A DNA stretch of 63,875 bases, the filler included, from Octopus bimaculoides (Eukaryota), in the NCBI RefSeq assembly GCF_001194135.2. It is 4 parts of 4 records of this genome, joined end to end, with 100 filler letters (N's around TTAATTAATTAA, not from the genome) between each part and the next. Parts side by side here need not be neighbours in the genome. Positions count along the whole stretch, not along the records: positions 31,746 to 57,148 come from NC_068987.1; 3 more parts are not named here. One strand, given 5' to 3'. Below, piece after piece: positions 36,126 through 50,277 of this stretch (the stretch's first letter is position 1; every line of letters starts with the position of its first letter). The notes beneath the pieces were generated by a model. That model was given only the letters and a program-made list of their open reading frames with translations, was not told the DNA's origin and ran no database searches. The position numbers and the translations under genes were made by a program.

Positions 36126-37500
36126 TGCATGCGGTGCATGAAGTTCTGTACATGCTTCTTCGTTTCATAGGGTTTGTATAGTAGGGACACGTTGTTCTTT
36201 ATCCTAACTATGTCTGCTATCAGTATGTTAATTTTCATGTAGTGTGACAAGGCTGAGTTCTTGTGAACAACATATTTCGAAGCTATGGGCTTCATGTAAT
36301 AGGAGAGGAGGAGCTACACTCTGTTGTTCACAGACTCTAACCAAAGTTCAGTATCAAGGACGGGAAGTCTATTTATTGTTGGGGTGCCTAGTGGGGTAAT
36401 CTACAGTTACTTTGATACTTTAGAGTTAGCTACTTGCTGGATGCTCTCCATTATATTCCTCTCAGTTTCTACATTACTTTTACTAGAGTTGGTCTTAACT
36501 ATGATATTAATCTCACCTACATACCTGCTGTAAAGTAGAAGAGTTGTGGACTGTTCTGCTAAGGATTGCTCAAGTTTTCTGTCCCACTAGGTCATGAAGA
36601 GGCCGGCTACATCTCCAGCTACACCGACACCAACGGCTGCACTTTAAACTTGCCTCTATAGTTTCTTGTTAAACTTTATTTTATGGTTCTTCAAGGTGGT
36701 TCTTACACTAGCCCCTATTGCATTTGCAATCATTCCTTTCACCTGATTGTTGCTCTCAGGGCCTTGGGTAGGTACGGTCCAGCCACTCCAGCGCTCTGCA
36801 GTGCTTTTCTTCACTGCTGAGGGGATGGTGGGTAGTCTTCCCCTCTGTAACCTAGTGGGGCAGAATCTACTGAGGTCATGGTCGTCTAAATAATCACTGT
36901 CGTAGCTTAGTCTAAGGAGGAGGCCCAGTTCCCTCGTGTTGACTTCATGGAACTCTATTTCACTCTCACAGATTATCTCAATGCATTCCTCCCCAGCAAA
37001 ATCCATGTCTGTAGATGGGTTGAGTGTAATCCCATCCATACTACCCACTACACAACCTGTGAGGTCGTTGGAGTGGTTACAAGTACTGATTTTGCTGAGG
37101 AGATCTTCCGTGCTCACACAGATATCTTGGGACATTCCTATGAGAGGCCATAATACCTGTGAGAGGAAGTAGGATAGTCTATAATTGCTGGAGATATTCC
37201 CTCCGCAAACTGGTCTGGTCGGGGGCCCCATGACAGGGATTATGTAGGGCTTGTGGTCTTTGCGTAACCCGTATCTTGTAGGAACATCTTTGTTGGATGC
37301 TTGGAAATTGTGTGCGCTCCGTTTCTTAGGATGGAGTATGTTGCACAACATTCCCATGTGTGCATTGAGGGGTTTTTCCACTCTTTCATGTAGTGCAACT
37401 TCTCTCATACTATCGATATGTTATTGCATGGTCTGGGCATAGTTCTGTGGGTTGTCTATTTACAGTCTGCCAGACATTTTCGTAAGAAGGCAGACCAATT
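36126..37500 (-). mobile_element. Penelope-like element reverse transcriptase, degenerate
   Basis: PTRYGLRKDHK, PPTRPVC, YRLSYFLSQVLWPL, STEDLLSKI, VGSMDG, a degenerate YSRYVGEIN (YxDD position) and the thumb motif MKPIASKYVVHKNSAL. Confidence 0.8.
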
Positions 37501-37779
37501 CCGTGTTCCTAATTCGCTGTTTCAGTGTCCGTACACCTTTGGCAACAGATGAACTGAGTTGGTGGGACCCCTCCTCATTGTTTTTTACTGGATTTATTGA
37601 GCCTGTCTAAGATGTATCGGAGTCTATTTCTAGCTAAGGAGGTCTTTGCTTCTGTTTCACTGTCAATGTGTGATGGGATACATTCACTTTTGTTGAGGGG
37701 TAAGTCTGTGAGGTAGAACCTTGTCATGTCATAAGATTTGTTGTTAGGGTTAAAGACAATAGAATGTAGAGTGATATTA

Positions 37780-38165
37780 TCGTTGTGGATGCTGTTGTTA
37801 TTGTTGCTGGCATTGTTTTTGCTATTGGTGTGGGTGGGGCGCTTGTGTTGTGCCCATTGTTGTTGTTGTTGTTGTTATTGTTGTCGGTGGTGTTGTTGGT
37901 AGTGGTGGAGATGATGTGGTTGGTATTGTCTGTGTGTGGGATGTTGTTGTCATTGTTGTTGTTGCTATTATCATCATTATTGTTGTTATAATAGTTGTTT
38001 CGGTTTCATATGCTTGTGTTGTTGTTATTATAGTTGTTTGTGTGGGGAATGCTGTGGTTATAATTGTTGTTATTGTTATTGCCACTATTATTGTTGTCAA
38101 CATCGCTATTGTTATTGTTGTTGTTTTGGTTTCGTATGTTTGTGTTGTTGTTTTTGTATTGTCCT
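37780..38165. repeat. Degenerate (TTG/TTA)n trinucleotide tract
   Basis: Direct reading; it explains the poly-V, poly-T and poly-C ORFs. Confidence 0.9.
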
Positions 38166-38732
38166 AACCTCCATCTTGATTTTAAGAATGTCCTTTTTTT
38201 GAAATTCAGATAGAGAATCAATTTTTCTGACCTATCTATATGTAGCGAATTTTGGTGGTAATTCTAAAGCATGCATTTCATCTGTATCCAGCTGTACTGC
38301 ACCGTTATTTCCAGAAGCGTAATTGTCGTTGTTGTTGGTGGTGGTGGAGGTATTGTTTTCGGTGACCTGGTCCCGAAGTCCTCTGGTATTTTACATTGCA
38401 ATATGATAATCCTGTCAATATTGTTTGGGTATTTGTAATGAATCTTACCGTGCTGAGACCGTTGTTGATGTTTCATCCACTTGAGTTTATTGTTGAAGTG
38501 TTTGTTATGGGCATGGTTTACTCGGCGGTAATCATGATGGATATACATACATACATATATATTTCTTCCTCCGTTTTTCCCTTCTTTGGACTTTCCTTGT
38601 TTCCGACGAAGAGCTCCTCTCCAAAAGTCCTATTCTCTCTCTTTCCTTTCCCGAGCGTCTAGTAACAGAATCTTATACATAGTTGCCCTCTGCCATGTGT
38701 GCGCGTGCATATGGTTCTGCTAATTACATTAC

Positions 38733-38798
38733 AAATCAGGCTGATGAGGAATAGACAAATGGTAAGAATTTGTTAAATCCGAAACCTGGTTCCTGTTT
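38733..38798 (+). ncRNA. Type I hammerhead-ribozyme-like motif
   Basis: Stem I aaa(t)cagg/cctgttt, CTGATGA at 38741-38747, stem II gga..gacaaat/atttgtt..tcc, GAAAC at 38781-38785, short stem III, triplet GTT at 38789-38791. Confidence 0.6.
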
Positions 38799-40205
38799 AA
38801 TAATGATTTTTTTTAGGTGATTTTAAATGTCTTGCCCGCTCACGTTTTTGGTATGCTGCTATATTTCATGTTGAGAACTTTTTAGGTCTTAATAGACACA
38901 AAATGTGATCTATTTCTAGCGCATTAATTGTCCACGTTAGTGGTCGACCTTATTTTTAAAATGTACCTTAATCCCCTGAGATTGCAGATAATATTTCTGA
39001 ATTTCTTTGATTCTTTAAATGTGCTGGCCCCCTGATAATTAATCGATATTAATTAATATATTAATATATNNNNNNNNNNNNNNNNNNNNNNNNNNNNNNN
39101 NNNNNNNNNNNNNNNNNNNNNNNNNNNNNNNNNNNNNNNNNNNNNNNNNNNNNNNNNNNNNNNNNNNNNNNNNNNNNNNNNNNNNNNNNNNNNNNNNNNN
39201 NNNNNNNNNNNNNNNNNNNNNNNNNNNNNNNNNNNNNNNNNNNNNNNNNNNNNNNNNNNNNNNNNNNNNNNNNNNNNNNNNNNNNNNNNNNNNNNNNNNN
39301 NNNNNNNNNNNNNNNNNNNNNNNNNNNNNNNNNNNNNNNNNNNNNNNNNNNNNNNNNNNNNNNNNNNNNNNNNNNNNNNNNNNNNNNNNNNNNNNNNNNN
39401 NNNNNNNNNNNNNNNNNNNNNNNNNNNNNNNNNNNNNNNNNNNNNNNNNNNNNNNNNNNNNNNNNNNNNNNNNNNNNNNNNNNNNNNNNNNNNNNNNNNN
39501 NNNNNNNNNNNNNNNNNNNNNNNNNNNNNNNNNNNNNNNNNNNNNNNNNNNNNNNNNNNNNNNNNNNNNNNNNNNNNNNNNNNNNNNNNNNNNNNNNNNN
39601 NNNNNNNNNNNNNNNNNNNNNNNNNNNNNNNNNNNNNNNNNNNNNNNNNNNNNNNNNNNNNNNNNNNNNNNNNNNNNNNNNNNNNNNNNNNNNNNNNNNN
39701 NNNNNNNNNNNNNNNNNNNNNNNNNNNNNNNNNNNNNNNNNNNNNNNNNNNNNNNNNNNNNNNNNNNNNNNNNNNNNNNNNNNNNNNNNNNNNNNNNNNN
39801 NNNNNNNNNNNNNNNNNNNNNNNNNNNNNNNNNNNNNNNNNNNNNNNNNNNNNNNNNNNNNNNNNNNNNNNNNNNNNNNNNNNNNNNNNNNNNNNNNNNN
39901 NNNNNNNNNNNNNNNNNNNNNNNNNNNNNNNNNNNNNNNNNNNNNNNNNNNNNNNNNNNNNNNNNNNNNNNNNNNNNNNNNNNNNNNNNNNNNNNNNNNN
40001 NNNNATATATATATATATATAATCACCGACCTAAATACCTTAAATAATATATTAACGAACATTCTGCACAGAAGACCTACTGTGGGCCTCAAGGATGTAA
40101 TGAGAATCCAGTCATGTATATGATGTGTGAATTCGTCACGAGCTCGTCATTCTCTGTATTCACTGGCTGCAGTGCTTTAGAAAGTAATGTTTTCTCTTAA
40201 TACAG

Positions 40206-40307
40206 TGAATCGATACCGCAGTGTCGTACTGAGTCACGAGATTCAGTAGATCGTATCATTACCAGAAGGAAATCCGACGTTGATGCCAGGCCTGCTAGAA
40301 ATACCAG
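40206..40307 (+). CDS. Candidate orphan internal exon (102 nt, phase 2-2)
   Basis: Acceptor gttttctcttaatacAG, donor ccag|GTACAG, only one open frame (ESIPQCRTESRDSVDRIITRRKSDVDARPARNT). No homology or partner exons recognised. Confidence 0.3.
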
Positions 40308-41121
40308 GTACAGTCTCATTATTATCAGAAAGTTAAGTATTGTAGTCTAATTTTACTCTTGTATGAATAAAATCCACATTTGATTCTAGATAGATGTAAT
40401 GGAGCTGATATGGAGCTAAACAATATATCATATCAGTTGATATAATATAAATAAACTTTTTTATATATAATTTAAAAGAAAGTATATACATACAGTAAAC
40501 ACACATTCTCAAGAATCGATATAATTCAAATATTGAACTAATTTCCTTAAAGTACAGAGGAGTTTAAAAAAAAATCATATATGTTTTCTGAGAAATTCCA
40601 AACAGTTTCAAGCAATATCGACAAACACGATATAGTTATTAGAAAATTCGATTATCAATATTTAAAATGTCTTGAAACCCCACTTTTCTAATCTACTCGA
40701 CATCAGTAGGTTGACCGTTATATAGTGAGACGAAATCTATTATAAATGTTGCTAAATTGGTGAATTGCAAGGTATATTATGTTAGCTTTTCTTATATATT
40801 GACAAACAGTCTACTCAAAATATTAACACAATAGTCCATTATAAATCGCGAAAAGCAAATAAGAACAAGTATATTGTAGAATTAGTCGCGTGAATAAGGC
40901 ATCATACGTAAGGAGTTTTGATGCTTCTCTGAACACAAGGCGTATTATTTATGAAGATACATATGCATGTGCGAACGCATGTATATATGTATATATATAT
41001 ATATATATAAATATTTCTATATGAACGTTTGTATACATACTGGCATGCATACATACATACATAAATACATACACACATACACACATACATACATAAATAC
41101 ATACACACATACATGCATACA

Positions 41122-41153
<32 letters not shown>

Positions 41154-42462
41154 CATAGGTGGGAAAGAAATGCACTGATATATTTCTTAATGAGTAGGTA
41201 TATTTATTATTTATACATTACGATATTATGTACCTTTTTGACTTGATTTTACAAAACGGTTGCATGCACCTGAATTTCGGAATACTAATCTCGGTGCTCA
41301 TTAGAAGAGCTTCTAGGAAAACTCTAGCACATGTTCCTTGCCACTAGACAAACATAAGTGTCAGTTTGAATAATTCTTCAAAAAGGGATGATGAAAATCC
41401 ATGGTGCAATAACCGCAGAGAGGATACAATCGTGTATAAGGAGTATAATGAAATGGAATAAGAGAATTCCGATACGGTGGGTGAGGTAAACGTATGAATA
41501 TGGAGGATAAGGCTAGAGTTCAAGCGACAATGGGTTGATGTGTGTGTGGGAGTAGTGGGGATAGGGGTGGGAGAGTCAGCTTTAAAGACGTGTGGTCATT
41601 TACTTCTATTTGTGTATGTGTTTGTATGCAATAACTTTGGTGTCGGTAAACCAATGCCGAATTCCCAGATCATGGTAAGGAATAACTCCAATGATAGAAG
41701 CTCTAAATTTTATATTCAAGGCAGATTTCGCCAGTATTCAATTACATGTTATTATTATTCTCCATACACCATAAATAGAAATCACTAACCACCACCATTG
41801 TTTAACCACCCAAAGCTAAACAGCGAACAAGCTGACAGCCAATGCATTTATGAAATAGATTACACCAAATCTAATGATCACCCATATACCAAGAACAGGA
41901 CACACCAGCAACGTCCTAATAACAGGCATAACCACCCCATAACAACATAAAACAACACTATGATAAGAAGCACACCACATACCAGGCACTACTACTCCAT
42001 GGCCCGAAACTACTGAGCCCCACCGAACACAGGAACCACACAAAATAACACTAGGTCAAGAAACCCTCCACATACAAGAAATTTCAAACAAAAGTATGCC
42101 GCATACAGAAATGTTACACACACCACTAACCAAACACACGTAATCACCCACACACACATAACCATTTCTGGGGAGCGAAATCTAACAGCGGGTGGTACTT
42201 TGAGGGATTGCTCCTTCTCCATACACAGCACAAATCTCACGAGCAGCTTCGGTGGGCTTAGCACCTCAATTAAATGAAAAATATAGCAAATGGTATCGAA
42301 AATGCTCTTGTCCACTTGACATTCCATTTTAATGATCTGAATATACACAAAACTCAAAACACACTATCTTGTAGAGCAAAAGCTTCTCTTTCAAATAACA
42401 TAAAATAACTTCAAAAAGAAAACACTCATGAATTATTCCTCAACCCAATGTCTCTATCTGTG

Positions 42463-42497
<35 letters not shown>

Positions 42498-42498
<1 letters not shown>

Positions 42499-42915
42499 CT
42501 CTTTTACTCTTTTACTCTTTTACTCTTTTACTCTTTTACTTGTTTCAGTCTTTTGACTGTGGCCATGCTGGAGCGCCACCTTTAGTCGAGCAAATCGACC
42601 CCAGAGCTTATTCTTTAGAAGCCTGGTACTTATTCTATCGGTCTCTTTTGCCGAACCGCTAAGTTACGGGGACATAAACACACCAGCATCAGCTGTCAAG
42701 CGATGTTGGGGGGGGGACAAACACAGACACACAAACACATACACACATACATATATATATACATATATACGACGGGCTTCTTTCAGTTTCCGTCTACCAA
42801 ATCCACTCACAAGGCTTTGGTTGGCCCGAGGCTATAGTAGAGGACACTTGCCCAAGACGCCACGCAGTGGGACTGAACCCGGGACTATGTGGTTGGTAAG
42901 CAGGGTACTTACCAC
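42498..42915 (-). mobile_element. Composite family-A SINE
   Basis: Reverse complement of the 25520-25980 layout; the head is cut by a gap. Confidence 0.8.
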
Positions 42916-43091
42916 NNNNNNNNNNNNNNNNNNNNNNNNNNNNNNNNNNNNNNNNNNNNNNNNNNNNNNNNNNNNNNNNNNNNNNNNNNNNNNNNNNNNN
43001 NNNNNNNNNNNNNNNNNNNNNNNNNNNNNNNNNNNNNNNNNNNNNNNNNNNNNNNNNNNNNNNNNNNNNNNNNNNNNNNNNNNNNNNNNNN

Positions 43092-43140
<49 letters not shown>

Positions 43141-44059
43141 ATATACAATATGTAACAACTGTAAGAAGTAAATCTTTAATGATAATCGGATTATGTAGAT
43201 CACACTGGAAGGGATAGTATTTATAGAGAACAAGTCATAAGCAACCTATTACAATAAATATGCAACACGTGAAAGCATGTTATTCCTCTAAGAACCAATG
43301 ATTAGGATTAAATACTCGAAAAATTTTAAGTACTGACATTTTAAAAATATACCTCCTCATTCCAATGTAAACTGAAATCTGGCATTATCACTAATAATAA
43401 CTCAAAAAGAATCTACGTTATTTATGATAAAGGAATTTATGAAGGCACACAAACCTGTTAATAAATAAACATTTTTAATAATCTAGAACAAGGAAAGCGA
43501 TGAATAAAATACAAAAACGTCTACCATAGAAACATTGTAATTCTAACTTGACACGAGGAGAATAATCATTTTGTTTTTAAATTAAAGCGAATCCTACATT
43601 ACCATGAAGTTTCTAAATTCGGACTAACATATATTAATAAAAGCGTAGAGTGTTAGAGCATAGGTGAAATAGTTAATTGGTTAAGCGTAATTTAACAATA
43701 AAATACAAGCAAATGTAAAACGACTCCTTTTTATATTAATTTACATTCGTTAATTTTCAAATTTCTCTTCGTCAAGACCACGTGATTTGGAAAGACTGAT
43801 CCACTAGAGGCGCCTGCACTTGATCTCATCGCTTCCAAGAAATACATGCTAAATCTTCGTTTCATTAGTGATCTAAATATGCATACGCATATACACAAAC
43901 ACACGCTTATTTATTTATACAAATATCTTTGAATATGTGTACGTATCTATGTGTATGTATATCCATATATTAATGTATATCCATACACGCATCCATTTAT
44001 TCAGCTATCCATACATAAATGCATGCATACATGTATATGCGTATGAAATGGCAATGAAA

Positions 44060-44268
44060 TATTTATTTCTTTATTGCCAAAGGGGGCCAAACATAGAGGG
44101 GACAAACAAGGACAGACAAAGGGATTAAGTTGATTACATCGATCCCAATGCGTAACTGGTACTTATTTAACTGACCCCGAAAGGATGAATGGCAAAGTCG
44201 ACCTCGGCGGAATTTAAACTCAGAACGTAAAATACCGCTAAGCATTCTGCCAGCTCGCCGCCCCAATG
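44060..44268 (-). mobile_element. tRNA-SINE family B
   Basis: gattacatcgatcccaatgcgtaactggtac...gacctcggcggaatttaaactcagaacg...ctgccagctcgccgcc. Confidence 0.8.
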
Positions 44269-45556
44269 GCAATGAAATATTGAATGGGCAACAATGCCTT
44301 GACCTTCATTTTAAAGAAATACCAGCTGAATCCCTTGGTGAAGGGATTTAGCTGGTATTTCTTTCAAGTCACTCTATGACGTAACGGTATTTTTAAGGAC
44401 TTTGTTGGTTGCCATGACCATTGACTGTTTCTGTACAACCGTTTTAAACCTCAGCGAATTCAAGCGATCACCAGAATATATTATACAAACGTTGTTTACT
44501 TCACACATTACAGACTAGAAATATATCAATCAATAAATAAATAGATTAATAAAGGAAGGAGGAAAGATAAGAACAATGCATATATAAGAAAAGCCAGTCT
44601 TAAAAATATTAATTGTAATGGTTTTATATTATGATGCAAAGTAACACTTAGACGCCGGTTCGTTTTGGCATTTTTCATATGTTGAATATTATTGTTGGTT
44701 TGTTTCAGCTTTTCCTTTTATATTTCAGATTGACAAAATTTGTTTTCATAAACTAAAATCAGGAAAGATGCAAATGAAAATGTAGAAAAAAATAACAACA
44801 AAAAGTCTATAATATAATACAATAATACTATTCTGACACGAGGAGAATAAGAATTTTTGTTTTTAAATTAATTTTCCATTGAAGTTCAAATTTCTATTAT
44901 ATATTTTAATTATTTTTTTGCCTTTCATTTCCAATGTCTCCTTCGATTTATTGAGGTATCGGAGGTTTTTATTGATTTGCAATATAAAAACGAAAATAGC
45001 AGTAGAAATAAAATTACAAAAGTCAAAATTTAAAATATCCATTTATGCAAATCACATATATTTTCGAACTAGTTTGTCCGAAATATTTTCATGAAGTATG
45101 ATGGATACTTATGATGTAGAATGATCAAATAGTTGTTTCGCTTTTATAACATAATTATATGTAGCAAACAGCTACACATACTTACACGCATACATACGTA
45201 TACATACAGAAAGGCACATACACATATAGATGGGTAGGTAGAAGGATAGATAGATAGATATATAGATAGATAGAGTGATAAAGAGGTGGTTAGCTTGACA
45301 GACAGCAAGCGAGATAGATAGTTGAGTATATACGAACGTATGTGTGTGTGTGCATGTGTGTGTGTGCGCGCACGCATTATGTCTTGAGTTTGTCACAAAA
45401 CACAGTTACAGCGCCGTTACGGTGTTCTTTGATAGACAAGAAATACAAGCTGACTTTCCCTCGAATAAGCACTTAAGCAACATTAGCAATATTATGCCAC
45501 GGTACATATATATGTGTGTATCTATGTGTGTGTGTATGTATGTATGTATGTATGTG

Positions 45557-45601
<45 letters not shown>

Positions 45602-46859
45602 NNNNNNNNNNNNNNNNNNNNNNNNNNNNNNNNNNNNNNNNNNNNNNNNNNNNNNNNNNNNNNNNNNNNNNNNNNNNNNNNNNNNNNNNNNNNNNNNNNN
45701 NNNNNNNNNNNNNNNNNNNNNNNNNNNNNNNNNNNNNNNNNNNNNNNNNNNNNNNNNNNNNNNNNNNNNNNNNNNNNNNNNNNNNNNNNNNNNNNNNNNN
45801 NNNNNNNNNNNNNNATATATAATAAAAATATTTTTAGCGTGCTGGTGCCATTTGTAGCACCCTAAATTATTAATATATATATATACAGATAGATAGATGA
45901 TATAGATATACGTATAAACACATATAAATCTATATAAATAGGAATACACACACATATGCACGCTCATACATATATACGCACATCTGTGTGTGTTTGTGTG
46001 CATTCTCAGGCATATATATGATTTAAATGTTTACAATCACACATCTATGCAATTTTGTATTGTTACGAAAATGGTATTAAAAAGATCACATGCTACGTCT
46101 TTTAAAGAGAGACATGTGTACATCGTAGAAGGTGACTCTAGATATAAAGTGTCTGGTAAATGAAAAAAATATGGTAAAAAAATCTCCGAAAAAACAAAGA
46201 ATATAATTTCATTTTCATCTATTGATTTGTTTTTTGCGATGGTAGGATTGAAATATAGTCGATGGAGCTAATAAAAATTGCAGGCAAATCTCCCTTAAAT
46301 AACTTAGAAAAGAACAAAAACTCACTTGAATATAGAACCAAGCAAAAAAAGACTTTTTTGTTTAGTAAATGGCTTGGACTTAAACAATATCCACTTATTG
46401 CCTAATATCTTATTATAAACAATTCGAATATGTACTTTTGTGGAGAAGAATTCCTGCAAAATTGACTCTTTAAAAAGTGAAATAATATCATACTTATATT
46501 TGGGAAATTTTACTGGCAACTTCGAGTGTCCTAGTTTTATTTAAGATTTTTTTTTTTTATATAAGATGTTTTGTGCATATTTCTCGTTTAATTAATAGCT
46601 TTACTGACGCATGCGCCACGCAACTGTCTAGCGATCGAGTAGTCATGATACAGTGATGAAGCTAATAAAGTATGTACTTCTATACAATTTACGTCTAAGC
46701 AAATTTATTCACAAAATTTCTTTTGATGAAAATGCTAATATATAACATGAAACGCAGTGGCACCGAAAATGATTTCGCCTGTTTAAGAAGTGATCTTAAA
46801 TATTCTGTAATAAATCATATATACATACGCACATACAAATATGCATAGATCGCTAGCCA

Positions 46860-47029
46860 CTACACATTCTTTTTTCTTCTCTCCTTGTTTCTTTCTGTGC
46901 TCCTTTCTGTGGAAGAACCTAAGCTCGAAACGTTAAAGACTTTTTCACTTCCTGAGCGTTATACTAATACATCTGTTTGTTGTCTACACCACATGTCTTC
47001 GACTTTTGTTCTTTCTTGTGAATTCTCCC

Positions 47030-47030
<1 letters not shown>
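46860..47030 (+). mobile_element. Short repeat with minimal hammerhead-like motif, diverged copy
   Basis: tcctttctgtggaagaacctaagctcgaaacgttaaagac at 46901-46940, then cctgagcgttatactaatacatc as in the 22925 and 63220 copies. Confidence 0.6.
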
Positions 47031-47098
<68 letters not shown>

Positions 47099-47267
47099 NN
47101 NNNNNNNNNNNNNNNNNNNNNNNNNNNNNNNNNNNNNNNNNNNNNNNNNNNNNNNNNNNNNNNNNNNNNNNNNNNNNNNNNNNNNNNNNNNNNNNNNNNN
47201 NNNNNNNNNNNNNNNNNNNNNNNNNNNNNNNNNNNNNNNNNNNNNNNNNNNNNNNNNNNNNNNNNNN

Positions 47268-47301
<34 letters not shown>

Positions 47302-49194
47302 ATTTTGAAGTATCATAACTAACAGACTACATTTCAAAGCATTTCATTGCAGGTTAAACCGATCTTATAATAAAAGATATTTGTCCAAATTATTGCGTAG
47401 TGTGTTCGAACTCTAAATATTTTGTTATAAACCATTTCTTTTTACAACCCAAACAAGCCTGCACTTGTTGTAAATAGAGGTAGATTGATACTACTTTTAG
47501 CAGGTTGAGCGATTCTGTAGTGCTTTCCACCCCTACATAGACGGCACATCTGAAGTATAAGAGACATGAAACCAATTTAAAAGAAACCAAAATTGTATCA
47601 ACAGGCAACACATTCATTAGAGAAATTTTAACGTTAAATTATTATACTGCCACGAAATTTTCCTTAAATACACACTGCAAATAACTGTAGATATTGGTAC
47701 ACACTAAAGTTTAGGGTACGCAAACAAATTTTGGGCTTCATACTGAAGTGATTTGGAATCAAATCGAGAATGCATCACAACCATTTAGTGTCAAGTAATT
47801 GCGCTTCGCGTACCGGTTAGCGTGTTGGATACACCGTAGGTAGTTTGCGAGTTCAAATCAGTAGCGTCCATTTTCCTCTGTTCGTATTATCAATAGTGCA
47901 AAACAATATCTTGTTATTTGCATGCTAAATATTATTGAACAACCTGATGATAAAAATTAATACTTATGGTTGTTCAATGTACGATACAAATATTAAAGAT
48001 TATCCAAGTATTGGAATCGCCCTTTTAGTACGTACAACACAGAAGTGATCCCTACGCGATCGCTTGCTCTAATATAGAGCAACATTACCTTGAGGCAGAA
48101 TCACATTATTATAAATAATATGCTACATTGGTTAATATCGTATTAGACATTATCCAATATTTAAAACTGGGAAGATCGCGGCTAGAATGATTTTAGGAGC
48201 AACAGTAATAAGGAAAATAAGAAACAACGACAACAGTAACAACAACATGGAATACATTTAATCATATGTTCAGCAAAACAGAATCTATCCGATTAGAATT
48301 ATTCATATAAAGGAGTGGAGTGATGTATTCTTATTATAATTTTCTTTTTTCTCGCTTATCGTTGAAATGAATAAGGTTCGGAATGTTGTTCTCATTGACA
48401 AACATGAGAAGACTATAAAAGTAGGTGTAATAAGAAATGTGAAACAATAATGCCATAAAATAAATTAAATTGAAGAAAGAACAAAAAACAATGATAAATA
48501 TATTTGATAAACAAAAATGTATCGATGAGTCACCATGTTTTCCTGCTATTTATTTCTTTATATTTTCATTATTAATAAAAAATATTTCAGACTTATATCT
48601 TCTTACTTTTCTATTTGAATTCGCGTTCATCTTTCTTATCGACAGCGCCATCAGTTGATTCTGTCTGCATAGGGAAGACATTATTGTTTTTTTATTATTA
48701 TTGAAGTTGTGAAGTTGACGAGCTGGTATAATCGTTAGCATGCCAGACGAAATGCGTGATATTCTCAGTTCAAATTCTGTTGAGTTCGACATTGCTTGGA
48801 GATCTTTAAAAATTCGGGCTTGAAAAAAAAAAAAAGCCAGTACCAGTCAAATATTGAGATCGATGCAAAGAGTTTAACCCCTACATTAAATATTGGAGGG
48901 GTTAATTCTTGTGTCTATAGAAGGAAGAATAATTACTGTGACGAGTTGGCAAAATCGTTAGCTTGTTGGACAAGATGCATTGCGCTGCTTGAGTTCTTAG
49001 TTCAAATCCTAGTCAGGTCAACCACGTACGTCTTACATTATTTCGTCCTTGTGAGGTTGGAAAAATAATGTAGCGGTCAAGTACTTGTAACAATGTAATC
49101 AACAATCGCCCTTCTCCCTAAAGTTGTTGCATTTGTGCGAGATTTGAAAGCGTTCTTATCATTACAATAAAATTTGAGATCCATTTGAATAATA

Positions 49195-49440
49195 TATATG
49201 TTATTTCTTTACTACCCACAAGGGGCTACACACAGAGGGGTCAAACAAGGACAGACAAACGAATTAAGTCGATTATATCGACTCCAGTGTGTAACTGGTA
49301 CTTATTTAATCGACCCCGAAAGGATGAAAGGCAAAGGCAAAGTCAACCTCGGCGGAATTTGAACTCAGAACGTAGCAACAGATGAAATACCGCTAAGCAT
49401 TTCGCCGACGTGCTAACGCTTCTGCCAACTCGCCGCCTAT
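49195..49440 (-). mobile_element. tRNA-SINE family B, near full length
   Basis: tttctttactacccacaagggg...gacctcggcggaatttgaactcagaacg...ctgccaactcgccgcc. Confidence 0.85.
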
Positions 49441-49455
49441 CTGAAGATACACACA

Positions 49456-49511
<56 letters not shown>

Positions 49512-50277
49512 TATATACCTGCATATATATATACATACATATATAACTGTATATATATATATATATATATATGAGTGTACATTGTACATTTAACAACGTT
49601 AACTACGAATATAGTTCATTGAATAATAGTATTTAGCATGTTTAGTTTATGTCTATTAGAGGAAGGAATTATCGGTCCTAAAGTTGTTACTGCGGAATAG
49701 GAAATTTTAAATGAAATATTCAATCCTGCGATTACTCTCCAACTGCCATCTCTCCGCTTTGTATTTCTTACCTCTTGTTACGTTCTCTCTCTTTCTTCAC
49801 CACCATTAACCCGCTTACATATTCCCTCTCTCTACTTTTCACTTCTCTCTTCCTCTTCTCTCATCCAACCGTTAAAATTTGCAGTCTGCCAATTTCCCCT
49901 TCTGGCGAAGAAAGATAATATTACGGTATTATGCATCTATCTACTAATTGCATTACCATGACTGTTAGCACATTCCATTATGCTAATTATAATCTTTACA
50001 ACTATTAAATTATTCCGAGCTCTCAGAAACAGCTGTTGAGCTAAAAACTATTACCTCTCCCCTTACTTTCTGCATTTTTATACTCCATGTAAAAGTAAAT
50101 TCACTGATCAATATATATAAATATCTATATGGATCAACATACGTGTTTATCTTCAGAATATATAAGGTTTTTATAATTATATATCAGTATATATCTCTGT
50201 ATGTGCATAAATATGTATATTTATGCATGTCAAACTTAATCGTGTTTATCGCCATTACTATCTGCTGATCAGCTTAC

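Noticed and set aside
38800-39030. Minus-strand GIY-YIG C-terminal-like peptide (ALEIDHILCLLRP) beside the hammerhead
   Set aside because: The similarity is too weak and broken by stops to call by eye.
43800-43815. CTCF-like site CCACTAGAGGCGC
   Set aside because: It is one base short of the core consensus and there is no other support.
47390-47617. 75-aa ORF with a good minus-strand acceptor near 47555
   Set aside because: The phase needed to join the 50278 exon hits a stop; no homology recognised.
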